This document shows positions 1 through 8,140 of a stretch of 64,000 bases of DNA, in pieces. The DNA comes from Desulfatiglandales bacterium (GTDB lineage: Bacteria; Desulfobacterota; DSM-4660; Desulfatiglandales; HGW-15), in contig CAXXJJ010000004.1 of NCBI GenBank assembly GCA_963667015.2, forward strand, positions 1,344,001 through 1,408,000, given 5' to 3'. Numbering within the stretch: position 1 is the stretch's first letter; each line of letters begins with the position of its first letter. Under the pieces are notes generated by a model. The model did not search any database. It had not been told where the DNA came from and was given only the letters and a program-made list of their open reading frames with translations. The position numbers were made by a program, and so were the translations under genes.

Positions 1-48
1 TTAATTTCAGATATGTTAAAAACAACTCCTTTACACCAAACCAGCTAT

Positions 49-156
49 TCAATGGAGCCTGTATGTCTTTACAATTAGAACATTATTGCCCTTATATTCT
101 TTTAACCAACTTTTACCTTGAGCACGTATCTTCTTTTTCTTTTTTGATACAATCAT
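49..156 (-). pseudogene. Short or degenerate ORF at the start of the last visible cassette (cassette continues past the window edge)
   Basis: ATG at 156, 14 nt after the GTTCTGT core site; reads MIVSKKKKKIRAQGKSWLKEYKGNNVLIVKTYRLH then TGA; another frame stays open to position 1. Confidence 0.3.
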
Positions 157-170
157 TGAATTCTCTTTGC

Positions 171-238
171 ACAGAACGACGACTGATAACCGGTTTGGCA
201 GGCTTTTCGCCAAATCCGCGTTTATTAAATTGTTATGA
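171..238 (-). other. attC site (68 bp) of histidine phosphatase cassette
   Basis: Minus strand TCATAAC-AATTT-AATAAACGCGGATTTGGC-loop-GCCAAACCGGTTATC-AGTCGTC-GTTCTGT. Confidence 0.85.
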
Positions 239-243
239 GTATT

Positions 244-888
244 TCAATTGTCATCAAGCGTTTCTAAACCCTGTAAATGTTGGGTCTCTCCCCATGTGAG
301 CATTTTCCAATTGTTTCGATCGATTGAGAAACTGCTAATTGATGCATTGAACAACGAAAACCGACGAGGAACAGTTAAAGGAAGACCAGTTGCATGATAA
401 AACAATCCACTTAGTATTCCACCATGTGTCACTAATAAAATGACTTTTCTCTCATATTGTTCCGCAAGCAACTCTACACAATTTATTGCCCTATTATAAC
501 GTTGTCTGGCACTTTCTCCACCAGGGAAACAGTAATCAGGATCTCCCGATTTGTATAAAGTCCATTCATTCGGATATTTATTCCGCCATTCTTCCTTCGT
601 AAGACCTTGAAGAGAACCAAGGTGACGTTCTCTCAACAATTCTTTAGTTGATACCGATAGTTTTAGTTTTGACGCAATTATTTCAGATGTTTTCGATGCA
701 CGCCCTAAATCACTACTTATAATGAACTCAATTCCTCGGTTCATTAAACCCTCACCCAATGCATAAGCCTGTTTAATCCCAAGGGCAGTTAAGGGGCTAT
801 CCAAATGACCTTGTTGCTTACCTGCCAGATTCCACTCGGTTTCTCCGTGTCGAACTACATAAACTAATGTTGATTGACTGTTATTCAT
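244..888 (-). CDS. Histidine phosphatase family protein (phosphoglycerate mutase-like), cassette gene
   Basis: RHGETEWN motif, LRER, PGGES, VTHGG. Confidence 0.92.
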   Translation of the reverse strand: MNNSQSTLVYVVRHGETEWNLAGKQQGHLDSPLTALGIKQAYALGEGLMNRGIEFIISSDLGRASKTSEIIASKLKLSVSTKELLRERHLGSLQGLTKEEWRNKYPNEWTLYKSGDPDYCFPGGESARQRYNRAINCVELLAEQYERKVILLVTHGGILSGLFYHATGLPLTVPRRFSLFNASISSFSIDRNNWKMLTWGETQHLQGLETLDDN

Positions 889-900
889 ACTTCTCTTTAC

Positions 901-986
901 TCATAATGATTAGCTTACAAGCGCCGCTGTGATTTTCCATGTCAAGCAAGGGACCCTCCGGGGTCTTGTAGAGCGCAATGTTATCT
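901..986 (-). other. attC site (86 bp) of PH-domain cassette, non-canonical R' (ATTATGA)
   Basis: Minus strand AGATAAC-ATTGC-GCTCTACAAG...CTTGTAAGC-TAATC-ATTATGA with extrahelical C in L''. Confidence 0.75.
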
Positions 987-1008
987 GAGGCTGTTGTAAC
1001 AATGTTCT

Positions 1009-1596
1009 CTAGCTCCGCCTTCTCTCCATCGCCTTGCGAATTGCTGTGAGTTCTTTCAGCATATGCCTAAGGATTTGTGAATCGTTTTGCTCTAAAAATT
1101 CCTTTTTAATTTCCCTGGTACCTGAAAAAGTAAAATTACTGACTCTTTCCATAATTGTATCTTTTAAACCATCAAGGTCCATCACTCCCATCAATCGTAG
1201 CTCGGCCTGTACAGCTTGTGCGCTGCCGGCACCTGCGGTTTGAACATGAATTGATCCAATGTTGAACATCCTCTGGACCGGCCCTTGAGTCACATCTACG
1301 TTAGTTATTTTTTGGTATGGAACAGTAACACGCTTCCGCCAAAACACACCTTTCTTCATCTTGACTGCGTCATCGTCAATAATATATTCCAGAGATCTGT
1401 AAAACGCTGGTATCCAAAGCAGAATAGGTACCATAAGCATTAACCATCCAACTAAGCAAAGGCTGAAAATGATTTTGTCAATGGTTGTTGCAAGCAAAAT
1501 TACACACAGTGCCAAACCAAGAATAAATGTAATAGCCCAGCCGATAAACCAAAGGGACTTTTGCTCTTTTTCAGGCAGCACCAATATAGGTTTCAT
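1009..1596 (-). CDS. Membrane protein with bacterial PH domain (YdbS/bPH_2-like), cassette gene
   Basis: Two N-terminal TM segments then KKGVFWRKRVTVPYQKITNVDVTQGPVQRMFNIGSIHVQTAG; RBS GGAG. Confidence 0.85.
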   Translation of the reverse strand: MKPILVLPEKEQKSLWFIGWAITFILGLALCVILLATTIDKIIFSLCLVGWLMLMVPILLWIPAFYRSLEYIIDDDAVKMKKGVFWRKRVTVPYQKITNVDVTQGPVQRMFNIGSIHVQTAGAGSAQAVQAELRLMGVMDLDGLKDTIMERVSNFTFSGTREIKKEFLEQNDSQILRHMLKELTAIRKAMERRRS

Positions 1597-1624
1597 TCTT
1601 GTCTCCTTCCTTTCCTTAATCGCA

Positions 1625-1740
1625 CGATAACCCTTAACATGCCGGTGCCTGTCACCATAATAAAATTATAAATATAATTGTCATAAACCTTTAAGGATTG
1701 ATTCGGCAAAATAGTAGCCTGTCACGTTGAATGGTTAACT
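1625..1740 (-). other. attC site (116 bp, degenerate arms) of NUDIX cassette
   Basis: R'' AGTTAAC overlaps the NUDIX stop; R' GTTATCG matches 6/7 of the complement of the PH cassette R''; imperfect L pairing, AT-rich loop. Confidence 0.6.
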
Positions 1741-2145
1741 GTGTTTCAGGATCATGCACTTTTTAGAATTATAAGTCTCAAATACTTTACAATCTTCCTT
1801 ATTCATGGGGTGCATTCTCTTTATTTCTTGAATTGTTACCCATCTAATTTCAGCAAGTTCATCAGAAACGACTTTTGCTTCTCCCGATAGTATTTCAGTT
1901 GTCCACCAGTGTAACTTTCCTGAATTATCATTTGTTACATATTCACAAATCTTGTCTTTTGCCTTTATATCAAGATTTACTTCTTCTTTCGATTCTCTCT
2001 CCACAGCTTCTGCTTGCGATTCACCTTTTTCAACTTGACCACAAATAGGAGACCAATACCCAGGATAGTTCTTTAATTCTGTTGAACGCTTTGAAAGTAA
2101 ATACTTCCCATCTTTTTCTATAATGGCCGCAATTATATTTATCAT
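1735..2145 (-). CDS. NUDIX hydrolase (MutT-like), cassette gene
   Basis: Nudix box GQVEKGESQAEAVERESKEEVN. Confidence 0.88.
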   Translation of the reverse strand: MINIIAAIIEKDGKYLLSKRSTELKNYPGYWSPICGQVEKGESQAEAVERESKEEVNLDIKAKDKICEYVTNDNSGKLHWWTTEILSGEAKVVSDELAEIRWVTIQEIKRMHPMNKEDCKVFETYNSKKCMILKHS

Positions 2146-2171
2146 AGGTAGCTTTGTTTATTCATTGAAAC

Positions 2172-2231
2172 AGTTAACGTTGCTACTCTCCGGCGCGAGG
2201 AACGAGCTTCAGGAGCAGTAGCTGGTTATGG
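2172..2231 (-). other. attC site (60 bp) of SEC-C cassette
   Basis: Minus strand CCATAAC-CAGCT-ACTGCTCC...GGAGAGT-AGCAAC-GTTAACT; 5/6-nt spacers and one extrahelical base in L''. Confidence 0.88.
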
Positions 2232-2262
2232 TTAGGTTTTATATAAAGGTACTTTCAACATG

Positions 2263-3081
2263 CTAAAGCTTAGGAACCGGAATTTGATCAATCGATAATT
2301 TTTTACCTTCATGCTGATAGCAGCCCTTATCGCTAATTTCTTTGATAAGGGCTGACGATTTCTTATCACACTCTTTTACTATAAAACTTAGCAAGTTTTC
2401 ACTTGAACCATCGCCTCTTCCATACATTAATTGAAAATTATCTGGCAGATAAAAATCACGATAAATAGGTTTTTGCTTTTTATTGTATGGGATATGATTA
2501 TCCAATTCGTGATCAGTAATTATGCCAAATCGTAGATCCCTATTCTTAGGGTGGCCGTTAATTCTATTTATTTCTGCAATCCATCCAAATTTTTCAGGAT
2601 GTAATTCTGCTGGGCAATTACGGAATAAAATTGCACCATTCCATGGGAAACCAGCATAATATCTATTGGGATCTGATTTTGTTAAAACGCAATGGATAAT
2701 TCCTGAAACCGAAAGTACTTCCGGTCCGATTGTTTTAGAATTTGTATCAATGCCAATTAATACGTCGAATGAGGATGACAAATGCCTAAAAAGATCAGGT
2801 TGATGTGGCACAACTTTATCATGGGTACGAGAGATAACCCTTTCTTTCCCCGAATTCGCTATGTAATGAGTTTGGCTAAAAGTTACATCAGTTTCGATTG
2901 TGCGGCCATCGTGGGTTATTCCTTTGAACTCCATTTTTTCTTTATCATAGCGCACACCACTTAGTGGCTCTGGTGAACCCACCATCACAACTTGCTTTCT
3001 TGGCTTCTTATTTATACAGCACTTTTTAAATTTTTTCCCACTTCCACATGGGCACGGATCGTTTCTTCTGGGAGTAGTCAT
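2263..3081 (-). CDS. SEC-C motif protein with uncharacterised C-terminal domain, cassette gene
   Basis: N-terminal RNDPCPCGSGKKFKKCC; remainder not recognised. Confidence 0.8.
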   Translation of the reverse strand: MTTPRRNDPCPCGSGKKFKKCCINKKPRKQVVMVGSPEPLSGVRYDKEKMEFKGITHDGRTIETDVTFSQTHYIANSGKERVISRTHDKVVPHQPDLFRHLSSSFDVLIGIDTNSKTIGPEVLSVSGIIHCVLTKSDPNRYYAGFPWNGAILFRNCPAELHPEKFGWIAEINRINGHPKNRDLRFGIITDHELDNHIPYNKKQKPIYRDFYLPDNFQLMYGRGDGSSENLLSFIVKECDKKSSALIKEISDKGCYQHEGKKLSIDQIPVPKL

Positions 3082-3125
3082 CGGTCTCGACCACCTTTAA
3101 AATTTGCATACCGCAAAAATTTTGA

Positions 3126-3193
3126 CCATAACGCCGATGCTTACCGGCTGGGCGGCGTTTTATCGCCCAGTCGGGTAGAGCATTTTGTTGGTA
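3126..3193 (-). other. attC site (68 bp), canonical geometry
   Basis: Minus strand TACCAAC-AAAAT-GCTCTACC-CGACTGGGCG-loop-CGCCCAGCC-GGTAAGC-ATCGGC-GTTATGG. Confidence 0.92.
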
Positions 3194-3222
3194 TTAATGA
3201 AGGCCATAAAGCAAAAGTAAGC

Positions 3223-3885
3223 CTAATTATTATTTGTAGACGATTCGTCTTTTTTATTTTCATATTGATAAAGATAAAATGTCCCAAGTAGAATCAATAT
3301 TGATGAAATAATTGATAATACGAACTGGATATATTGAACTCTATCTCTATACTTGAATTTATCGTCTGCTTCACCTGCTATTTTCAAAAATCGTTGATGA
3401 ATTTCTTTGGCATGTTTGTCCGCGTATGTAAAGAGATCATTAACACTTTGATCATTAAATTTTGTTTCGAAGTCGGAAACCTCATTATCGTAACCCTCTA
3501 CAAGAGCATAAGTTGATTTTGCAGTTAACAGAGCCTTATCATATATACGACCACTGAGGTTTTTTTCAGTTTCTTTAAGTGATTTAATATCAATGTACTC
3601 CAGAACACCAGTTCGACCGGCTAAGTTACCCAAAACTACAATTTCATTTTGAGCGACTTGCAATTGGTAATATTCTCTCTTTTGTAATTCAATGAGATCA
3701 AGATTTTGCCTATATGAAGTAAATTCTTCTTTTTTATTATTGTACCGATCATCAAGATAAGAAAACCAACAAGTACATAATACCAGTAAAATATTTGAGA
3801 TAAGAGCTAATGAAAGAAATAAGCGCCCCTTTTTACCCTTTTTACGATATCCTGGTTCGGGTAGTATCTTTTTCTTTGATGACAT
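3223..3885 (-). CDS. Hypothetical protein with two TM helices flanking a helical domain, cassette gene
   Basis: Hydrophobic segments near residues 23-44 and 186-208; start 29 nt after the core site GTTGGTG. Confidence 0.75.
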   Translation of the reverse strand: MSSKKKILPEPGYRKKGKKGRLFLSLALISNILLVLCTCWFSYLDDRYNNKKEEFTSYRQNLDLIELQKREYYQLQVAQNEIVVLGNLAGRTGVLEYIDIKSLKETEKNLSGRIYDKALLTAKSTYALVEGYDNEVSDFETKFNDQSVNDLFTYADKHAKEIHQRFLKIAGEADDKFKYRDRVQYIQFVLSIISSILILLGTFYLYQYENKKDESSTNNN

Positions 3886-3914
3886 GTTGCCCTTTCTGAT
3901 TATTTTTATTAAGA

Positions 3915-4046
3915 CACCAACATGCTACATTACAAGCCGGGCGGAGCATACCAACTTACCATGTTAAATACACGAAGGTTTATAGTCGGTAGAGATTTAA
4001 AAAATGGCGAAAAAAAAGCCCGGTCTTAGTAAATCACTGGTTCAGC
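3915..4046 (-). other. attC site (132 bp, long type)
   Basis: Minus strand GCTGAAC-CAGTG-ATTTACTAAGACCGGGC...GCCCGGCTTGTAAT-GTAGCAT-GTTGGTG. Confidence 0.85.
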
Positions 4047-4069
4047 AAATTTATTTGATGCCGAGATCT

Positions 4070-4414
4070 TTACCTTTGCTCTAATCTTTTAATTATTTTT
4101 TCAACACTTGAAATACTTTCCTTGTTCCCTAGAAGTAATTCATGTAGCCAACTTTCGCATGCTGCAGCCGCTGCCCATTCAGGGCTACCGTGAGATCTTG
4201 CACCTTGTCGTACAGCTTCTTGCCTTAAGCCAGTAGCCCTATTTACTAGAGCTTTTAGAATCTCTTCGCGTTCAAGTCCTTCTTTTGCTACCGCTTCATC
4301 AATATAAGGCCTTAATGATGAAAGAGCATTTGATATAAAAGTACGAGCTTTCTTTTTAAAAATACCAGAGGTAGCTTTTTCAATTTTTAACAATTCATCT
4401 ATATTGAAACTCAT
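4070..4414 (-). CDS. Small hypothetical helical protein, cassette gene
   Basis: 114-aa ORF with RBS AGGAGG between two attC sites. Confidence 0.75.
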   Translation of the reverse strand: MSFNIDELLKIEKATSGIFKKKARTFISNALSSLRPYIDEAVAKEGLEREEILKALVNRATGLRQEAVRQGARSHGSPEWAAAAACESWLHELLLGNKESISSVEKIIKRLEQR

Positions 4415-4437
4415 TTTAGCCTCCTGGATATCGTGTT

Positions 4438-4569
4438 GCCGAACGACAGGTATGACAAGCCGGGCGGTTTAAATAGAAAAATATATACAAACATCAATGA
4501 TTACTTAATTGCACTCAATCCCGATCTGGCAAGAAGGTAGCCCGGTCTTAGTAGATACCATGGTTGGCT
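4438..4569 (-). other. attC site (132 bp, long type) making up an ORF-less first cassette
   Basis: Minus strand AGCCAAC-CATGG-TATCTACTAAGACCGGGC...GCCCGGCTTGTCATA-CCTGTC-GTTCGGC. Confidence 0.85.
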
Positions 4570-4571
4570 GC

Positions 4572-4600
4572 CGCCAACCTGTTTAGTTTATTTTTGACTG
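4572..4600 (-). other. Putative attI recombination site at the head of the array
   Basis: Minus strand AAATAAACTAAACAG-GTTGGCG: A-rich run before a GTTRRRY-like core, with no attC hairpin upstream. Confidence 0.5.
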
Positions 4601-4866
4601 CTTACTTTCAATTACTATGTATTAGACGGCTGTTTCGCAATCTATTTTTAATAATTTTAGTAAACAAAACAAAATTGAATCACATCTTAAAGATGTACAA
4701 ATTTAAATTTTCAATTAAAGAAAGGGGGGCGTACTTGAGAAAGAAAACATCTTTCCCCTCCAGTGAAAATGATTTAAAAGCTTTAAACAATCTATGGCTT
4801 AAGGTATCCCCCCGCAACAGATGGTGGTACCATGATGGATTTTTCCGATTAAAAAAGACTTAAAAA

Positions 4867-4931
4867 GCAGTAATTCGCTATATCCGAAAAGATATAGTTA
4901 TTCTTAAAATTTATTTAAGAATAATTCAAGA
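4867..4931. repeat. 65-bp direct repeat copy 1 with palindrome TTATTCTTAAA-N5-TTTAAGAATAA
   Basis: 55/65 identical to 6425-6489 by manual alignment. Confidence 0.8.
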
Positions 4932-4994
4932 AAAGAAAAGCCAGAGGTCGGAGGTCACTGCGGGGATGCATTGAGGTCTCCTTCCCTGATTCTT

Positions 4995-6272
4995 TTACGA
5001 AACTTCCTGCTCAACCTGATCTTCAACCTCAAACTCATTAATGGTTCCTTTATGAAAACCGAACCATGCTGCCGCCACACCGGCAAGGGTAAGCCCGGTC
5101 AGAATAAAGAAAAGCATTCTCGGTGATGAATCCATTATTCTAGGGGTGACTGTGGCCAATCCCGCGGCAATATACCGCGAGGTAGCAATTATTGCGCCCT
5201 GTGCAGTTGTGCGCAGCAGTGTGGGAAAAGACTCCTGGGTCCAGACTTTCATAATCGACTCAAAAGCGAAAGCTATTCCAAAAAAGCCGAATATGCCGCC
5301 GATAATAAGTACGATTGTTGATATACCAAAAACAGCAGGAAGCAGGAACATCATGAGCAGTGCTACAGCACCAACCTGAAAAAATTTAAACCTTTTTGGC
5401 GTATCCGCTATTTTCATAAACCAGTAGCTCCAGACACACCCGAGCGTAAGGTTTATAAAGGTAACAGTGGAAGCAAAGCGGACACTTTCCCCTATTACAT
5501 TAACCCACAGGTATGTAAAAAACTGACTGAACGTATTGGCCCCCAGGTTGGTGAGTGAGTAGAAGAGAAGCAGAGCGATAAAAGGCACCACGTACGGCGC
5601 TTTCAGGAGATCATTTAATGATGCCCGTTTTGCCCGGATTGTATCTTCACCGGCAAGTCTCTCGGCACGGGCAGCTTCCCATTTGCCTGACTCGGGGATT
5701 CCCATGCGCAGAATCATGGTAATCAGCGCCAGCAGTCCAACCTGACCATACATAATCTGACCGCTCAGGCGCCCGTAGTCTTCACCTACGATAGCCGAAC
5801 ATCCCAGTGCTGCCAGGACTCCCACTGCCCACATAATTTGACTGAACCCAAGAAGTTTCCCGCGGTTTTTTTCGGTAGCCACCTCGGCGATTGCAGCCAG
5901 TGAAACCGGTAAATCGGCGCCTGTTCCAAGCCCCAAAAGAATGGTTCCGATAAGTAATCCATAAAAAGAGGTCATCAATGTCAGCATGGCCGAACCAATG
6001 ACAATCATGGCCATTGTAATTATAAAAACCGAACGGCGGCCATATTTGTCCCCGAGCCTGCCTCCCAGAAGTGCACCGGTTGCAATGCAAAAGGTCAAAG
6101 AGCCGGACAGGATTCCAACCTGATCAGAGGTTAATCCTATTGAGTGCTGGTAGATAACCAGTGCTATTCCCGAACTGACCATGGCACAGGCATCAATATA
6201 GGAGGCCATTCCACAGACAATAGTTGTCCACCACGGGCTTACTGTACGCGTATCAGAAGAGGCAGTATTCAT
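4995..6272 (-). CDS. MFS sugar/polyol transporter (IolF-like)
   Basis: Many TM segments; motif A GGRLGDKYGRR; N-terminal ASYIDA and ESFPTLLR resemble inositol transporter IolF. Confidence 0.88.
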   Translation of the reverse strand: MNTASSDTRTVSPWWTTIVCGMASYIDACAMVSSGIALVIYQHSIGLTSDQVGILSGSLTFCIATGALLGGRLGDKYGRRSVFIITMAMIVIGSAMLTLMTSFYGLLIGTILLGLGTGADLPVSLAAIAEVATEKNRGKLLGFSQIMWAVGVLAALGCSAIVGEDYGRLSGQIMYGQVGLLALITMILRMGIPESGKWEAARAERLAGEDTIRAKRASLNDLLKAPYVVPFIALLLFYSLTNLGANTFSQFFTYLWVNVIGESVRFASTVTFINLTLGCVWSYWFMKIADTPKRFKFFQVGAVALLMMFLLPAVFGISTIVLIIGGIFGFFGIAFAFESIMKVWTQESFPTLLRTTAQGAIIATSRYIAAGLATVTPRIMDSSPRMLFFILTGLTLAGVAAAWFGFHKGTINEFEVEDQVEQEVS

Positions 6273-6424
6273 ATTTTTTCTCCGTTAACAATGAAAACTA
6301 AATCGAGATTCAGGATCACTGATGCGGGCCAAAAGCCCGGCTCAAATACGTTAAAGAGGGCAAGTCTGATAATAACGACTAATAATACTTTATTTGGATA
6401 ATACATAAGACTATGCACCTTTAG

Positions 6425-6489
6425 GCAGTATTTCATTATACCCCTAAAGATACAGTTATTCTTAAACCTTATTTAGGAATAATTCAAGA
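6425..6489. repeat. 65-bp direct repeat copy 2; probable promoter/operator of the MFS gene
   Basis: Same palindrome; contains minus-strand TTGAAT and TATAAT about 150-215 bp upstream of the MFS start. Confidence 0.75.
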
Positions 6490-6718
6490 TTCAATATTCA
6501 AGATTATGAATATCGGCTGTCAGGCTGCAGACTATAGGCTTTTAGAAAAAACAAAAAAAGTGGTCAGAGGCCGGAGATCTGAAGTCGGTGCAGTGTAAAG
6601 AAGAAAAGATTTATCCTGTTGGTCGAAATGACATAAGAAAGAGCCGGCGTCGTTTGAAGTTTACGCCGCACCGGGGAGGCCGGCAGCTGATGATATTATT
6701 TTGCTTCTTATGCAGCGT

Positions 6719-8107
6719 TTACTCCGGCAGGATAACACCCTGTTTTTTGAGGGTATCGTGCAAAGTCGGAAACTTTATATTTCTGACACTGACGTTATCA
6801 TTTACTGCTATGGCAGCTGCATTTCCGGCTGCCTGTCCAAAGCACATGCAATGAGGTATCAGGTTAAAATTGTCATTCACGCAGTCTTCCGAGGAGAAGG
6901 CGCGACAGGCGACCAGCAAACCCTCTACATTTTTAGGAACCAGGCTCCGATATGGAATATACATCCTCGGATGTTTAAGGGATAATTCACCGCGGTCATT
7001 ATCGGCAAATACAGCTATAGTGTCTTCAAAAGGTTCGTCTTGATTCATGTCTGTTTCGGTAAGCATGTATTCGCCGACTATGCGCCGTCCGCCTGTGGTG
7101 CCAAGCTGAGGGGCGGTAAGCATGATATAGCTCTTTTCAAAGCCCGGAACATATTTTTTAAAAAATTCCCATGTAATCAGGGCTCTTTTACGGCTGTTCA
7201 TGTCCACCCGTGTCATCTCCTCAACATCAGTCTGGCTGGTGCACCTGATATGAGGGTGAAACCAGATGACGCTTTCCTGATTTTTTAATAATCCTTTAAA
7301 ATAATATGTGAAGCCTCCCAGGTTTGCGAGTTCCTTCATCAATTCATCGTATTTTTGAGGCTGTGACTTCCTGAACTCGTCGACTTTTTCGAGATCAACG
7401 CTGGTTATCCAGAAACAAAACGCCAGATGAGAAATCCTGAGGCCGGGTCTGATTTTATCGATGTATTCGACTCCGGCCAGCGGTAAAAGATCACCGTCGC
7501 CGGTAGAATCTATTACGACCTTTCCCATGACCGCCTGCCTGCCGGACTTGCTTTCAAAGACAACACCCTTAACCCTGTTACCATCCATAACAGGCTCGGA
7601 ACCCCATGAGTGAAGCAGTACTTTAACCTTTGCCTCCTCCACCATGGTGTTTAATTCATCCTTCATCACTTCAGGATCAACCAGTACTGTATAAAGCGTA
7701 ATTTCTTTGCCATCCGGCCCTGTTCGCACGAAGAAATGACGAAGGTTGGCATCAAGGTAAGTGTCAACCACCTTTCGGTCAGTTGAACCCCAGGCACCCT
7801 TATCCGGATACCTGGTAGCCTGCCTGGTATCGAGTCTGTCGATCAACTCCTGGCAGAGTCCTGCGATTTGCTGTTTTCCGTATATATCGCCAAGGTTCGG
7901 GAATATATTAACCAGTCCACCGGTAGCCATTCCGCCCAGATGCCCGTACCTTTCTATCAGTACGGTACTGGCGCCTGCCCTGGCTGCGGATACAGCAGCG
8001 CTGAAACCTCCGGGACCCCCACCGACTACTACAACATCAAAATTTCCGATTACCTTGATTTTTCGGGATGGAATAGAGATTGTCCCTGCCATTTGTTCAC
8101 TCTCCAT
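6719..8107 (-). CDS. FAD-dependent oxidoreductase (FAD_oxidored family)
   Basis: DVVVVGGGPGG, LGGMAT, VIDSTGDGD, IPYRSLVPK, GQAAG. Confidence 0.9.
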   Translation of the reverse strand: MESEQMAGTISIPSRKIKVIGNFDVVVVGGGPGGFSAAVSAARAGASTVLIERYGHLGGMATGGLVNIFPNLGDIYGKQQIAGLCQELIDRLDTRQATRYPDKGAWGSTDRKVVDTYLDANLRHFFVRTGPDGKEITLYTVLVDPEVMKDELNTMVEEAKVKVLLHSWGSEPVMDGNRVKGVVFESKSGRQAVMGKVVIDSTGDGDLLPLAGVEYIDKIRPGLRISHLAFCFWITSVDLEKVDEFRKSQPQKYDELMKELANLGGFTYYFKGLLKNQESVIWFHPHIRCTSQTDVEEMTRVDMNSRKRALITWEFFKKYVPGFEKSYIMLTAPQLGTTGGRRIVGEYMLTETDMNQDEPFEDTIAVFADNDRGELSLKHPRMYIPYRSLVPKNVEGLLVACRAFSSEDCVNDNFNLIPHCMCFGQAAGNAAAIAVNDNVSVRNIKFPTLHDTLKKQGVILPE

Positions 8108-8140
8108 AATTCAGTGTTATACCCTTTTTGAGTGTTCAGA

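Larger units (their letters stand above)
171..4578 (-). mobile_element. Integron gene-cassette array without adjacent integrase (CALIN-like)
   Basis: Co-oriented, unrelated, AT-rich ORFs each followed by an AAC...GTT imperfect hairpin; each cassette's 5' core site is complementary to its own R'' box. Confidence 0.92.

Noticed and set aside
49..51. TGA in the edge cassette ORF as selenocysteine
   Set aside because: No redox motif context, and further stops follow within a few codons
171..4578. Spaced palindromes considered as a CRISPR array
   Set aside because: Repeats are not identical, the spacers are whole genes, and there are no cas genes; the geometry fits attC
4564..4863. 99-aa plus-strand ORF as an integrase
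   Set aside because: No tyrosine-recombinase motifs, and it overlaps attC/attI; at most a short stub from 4735
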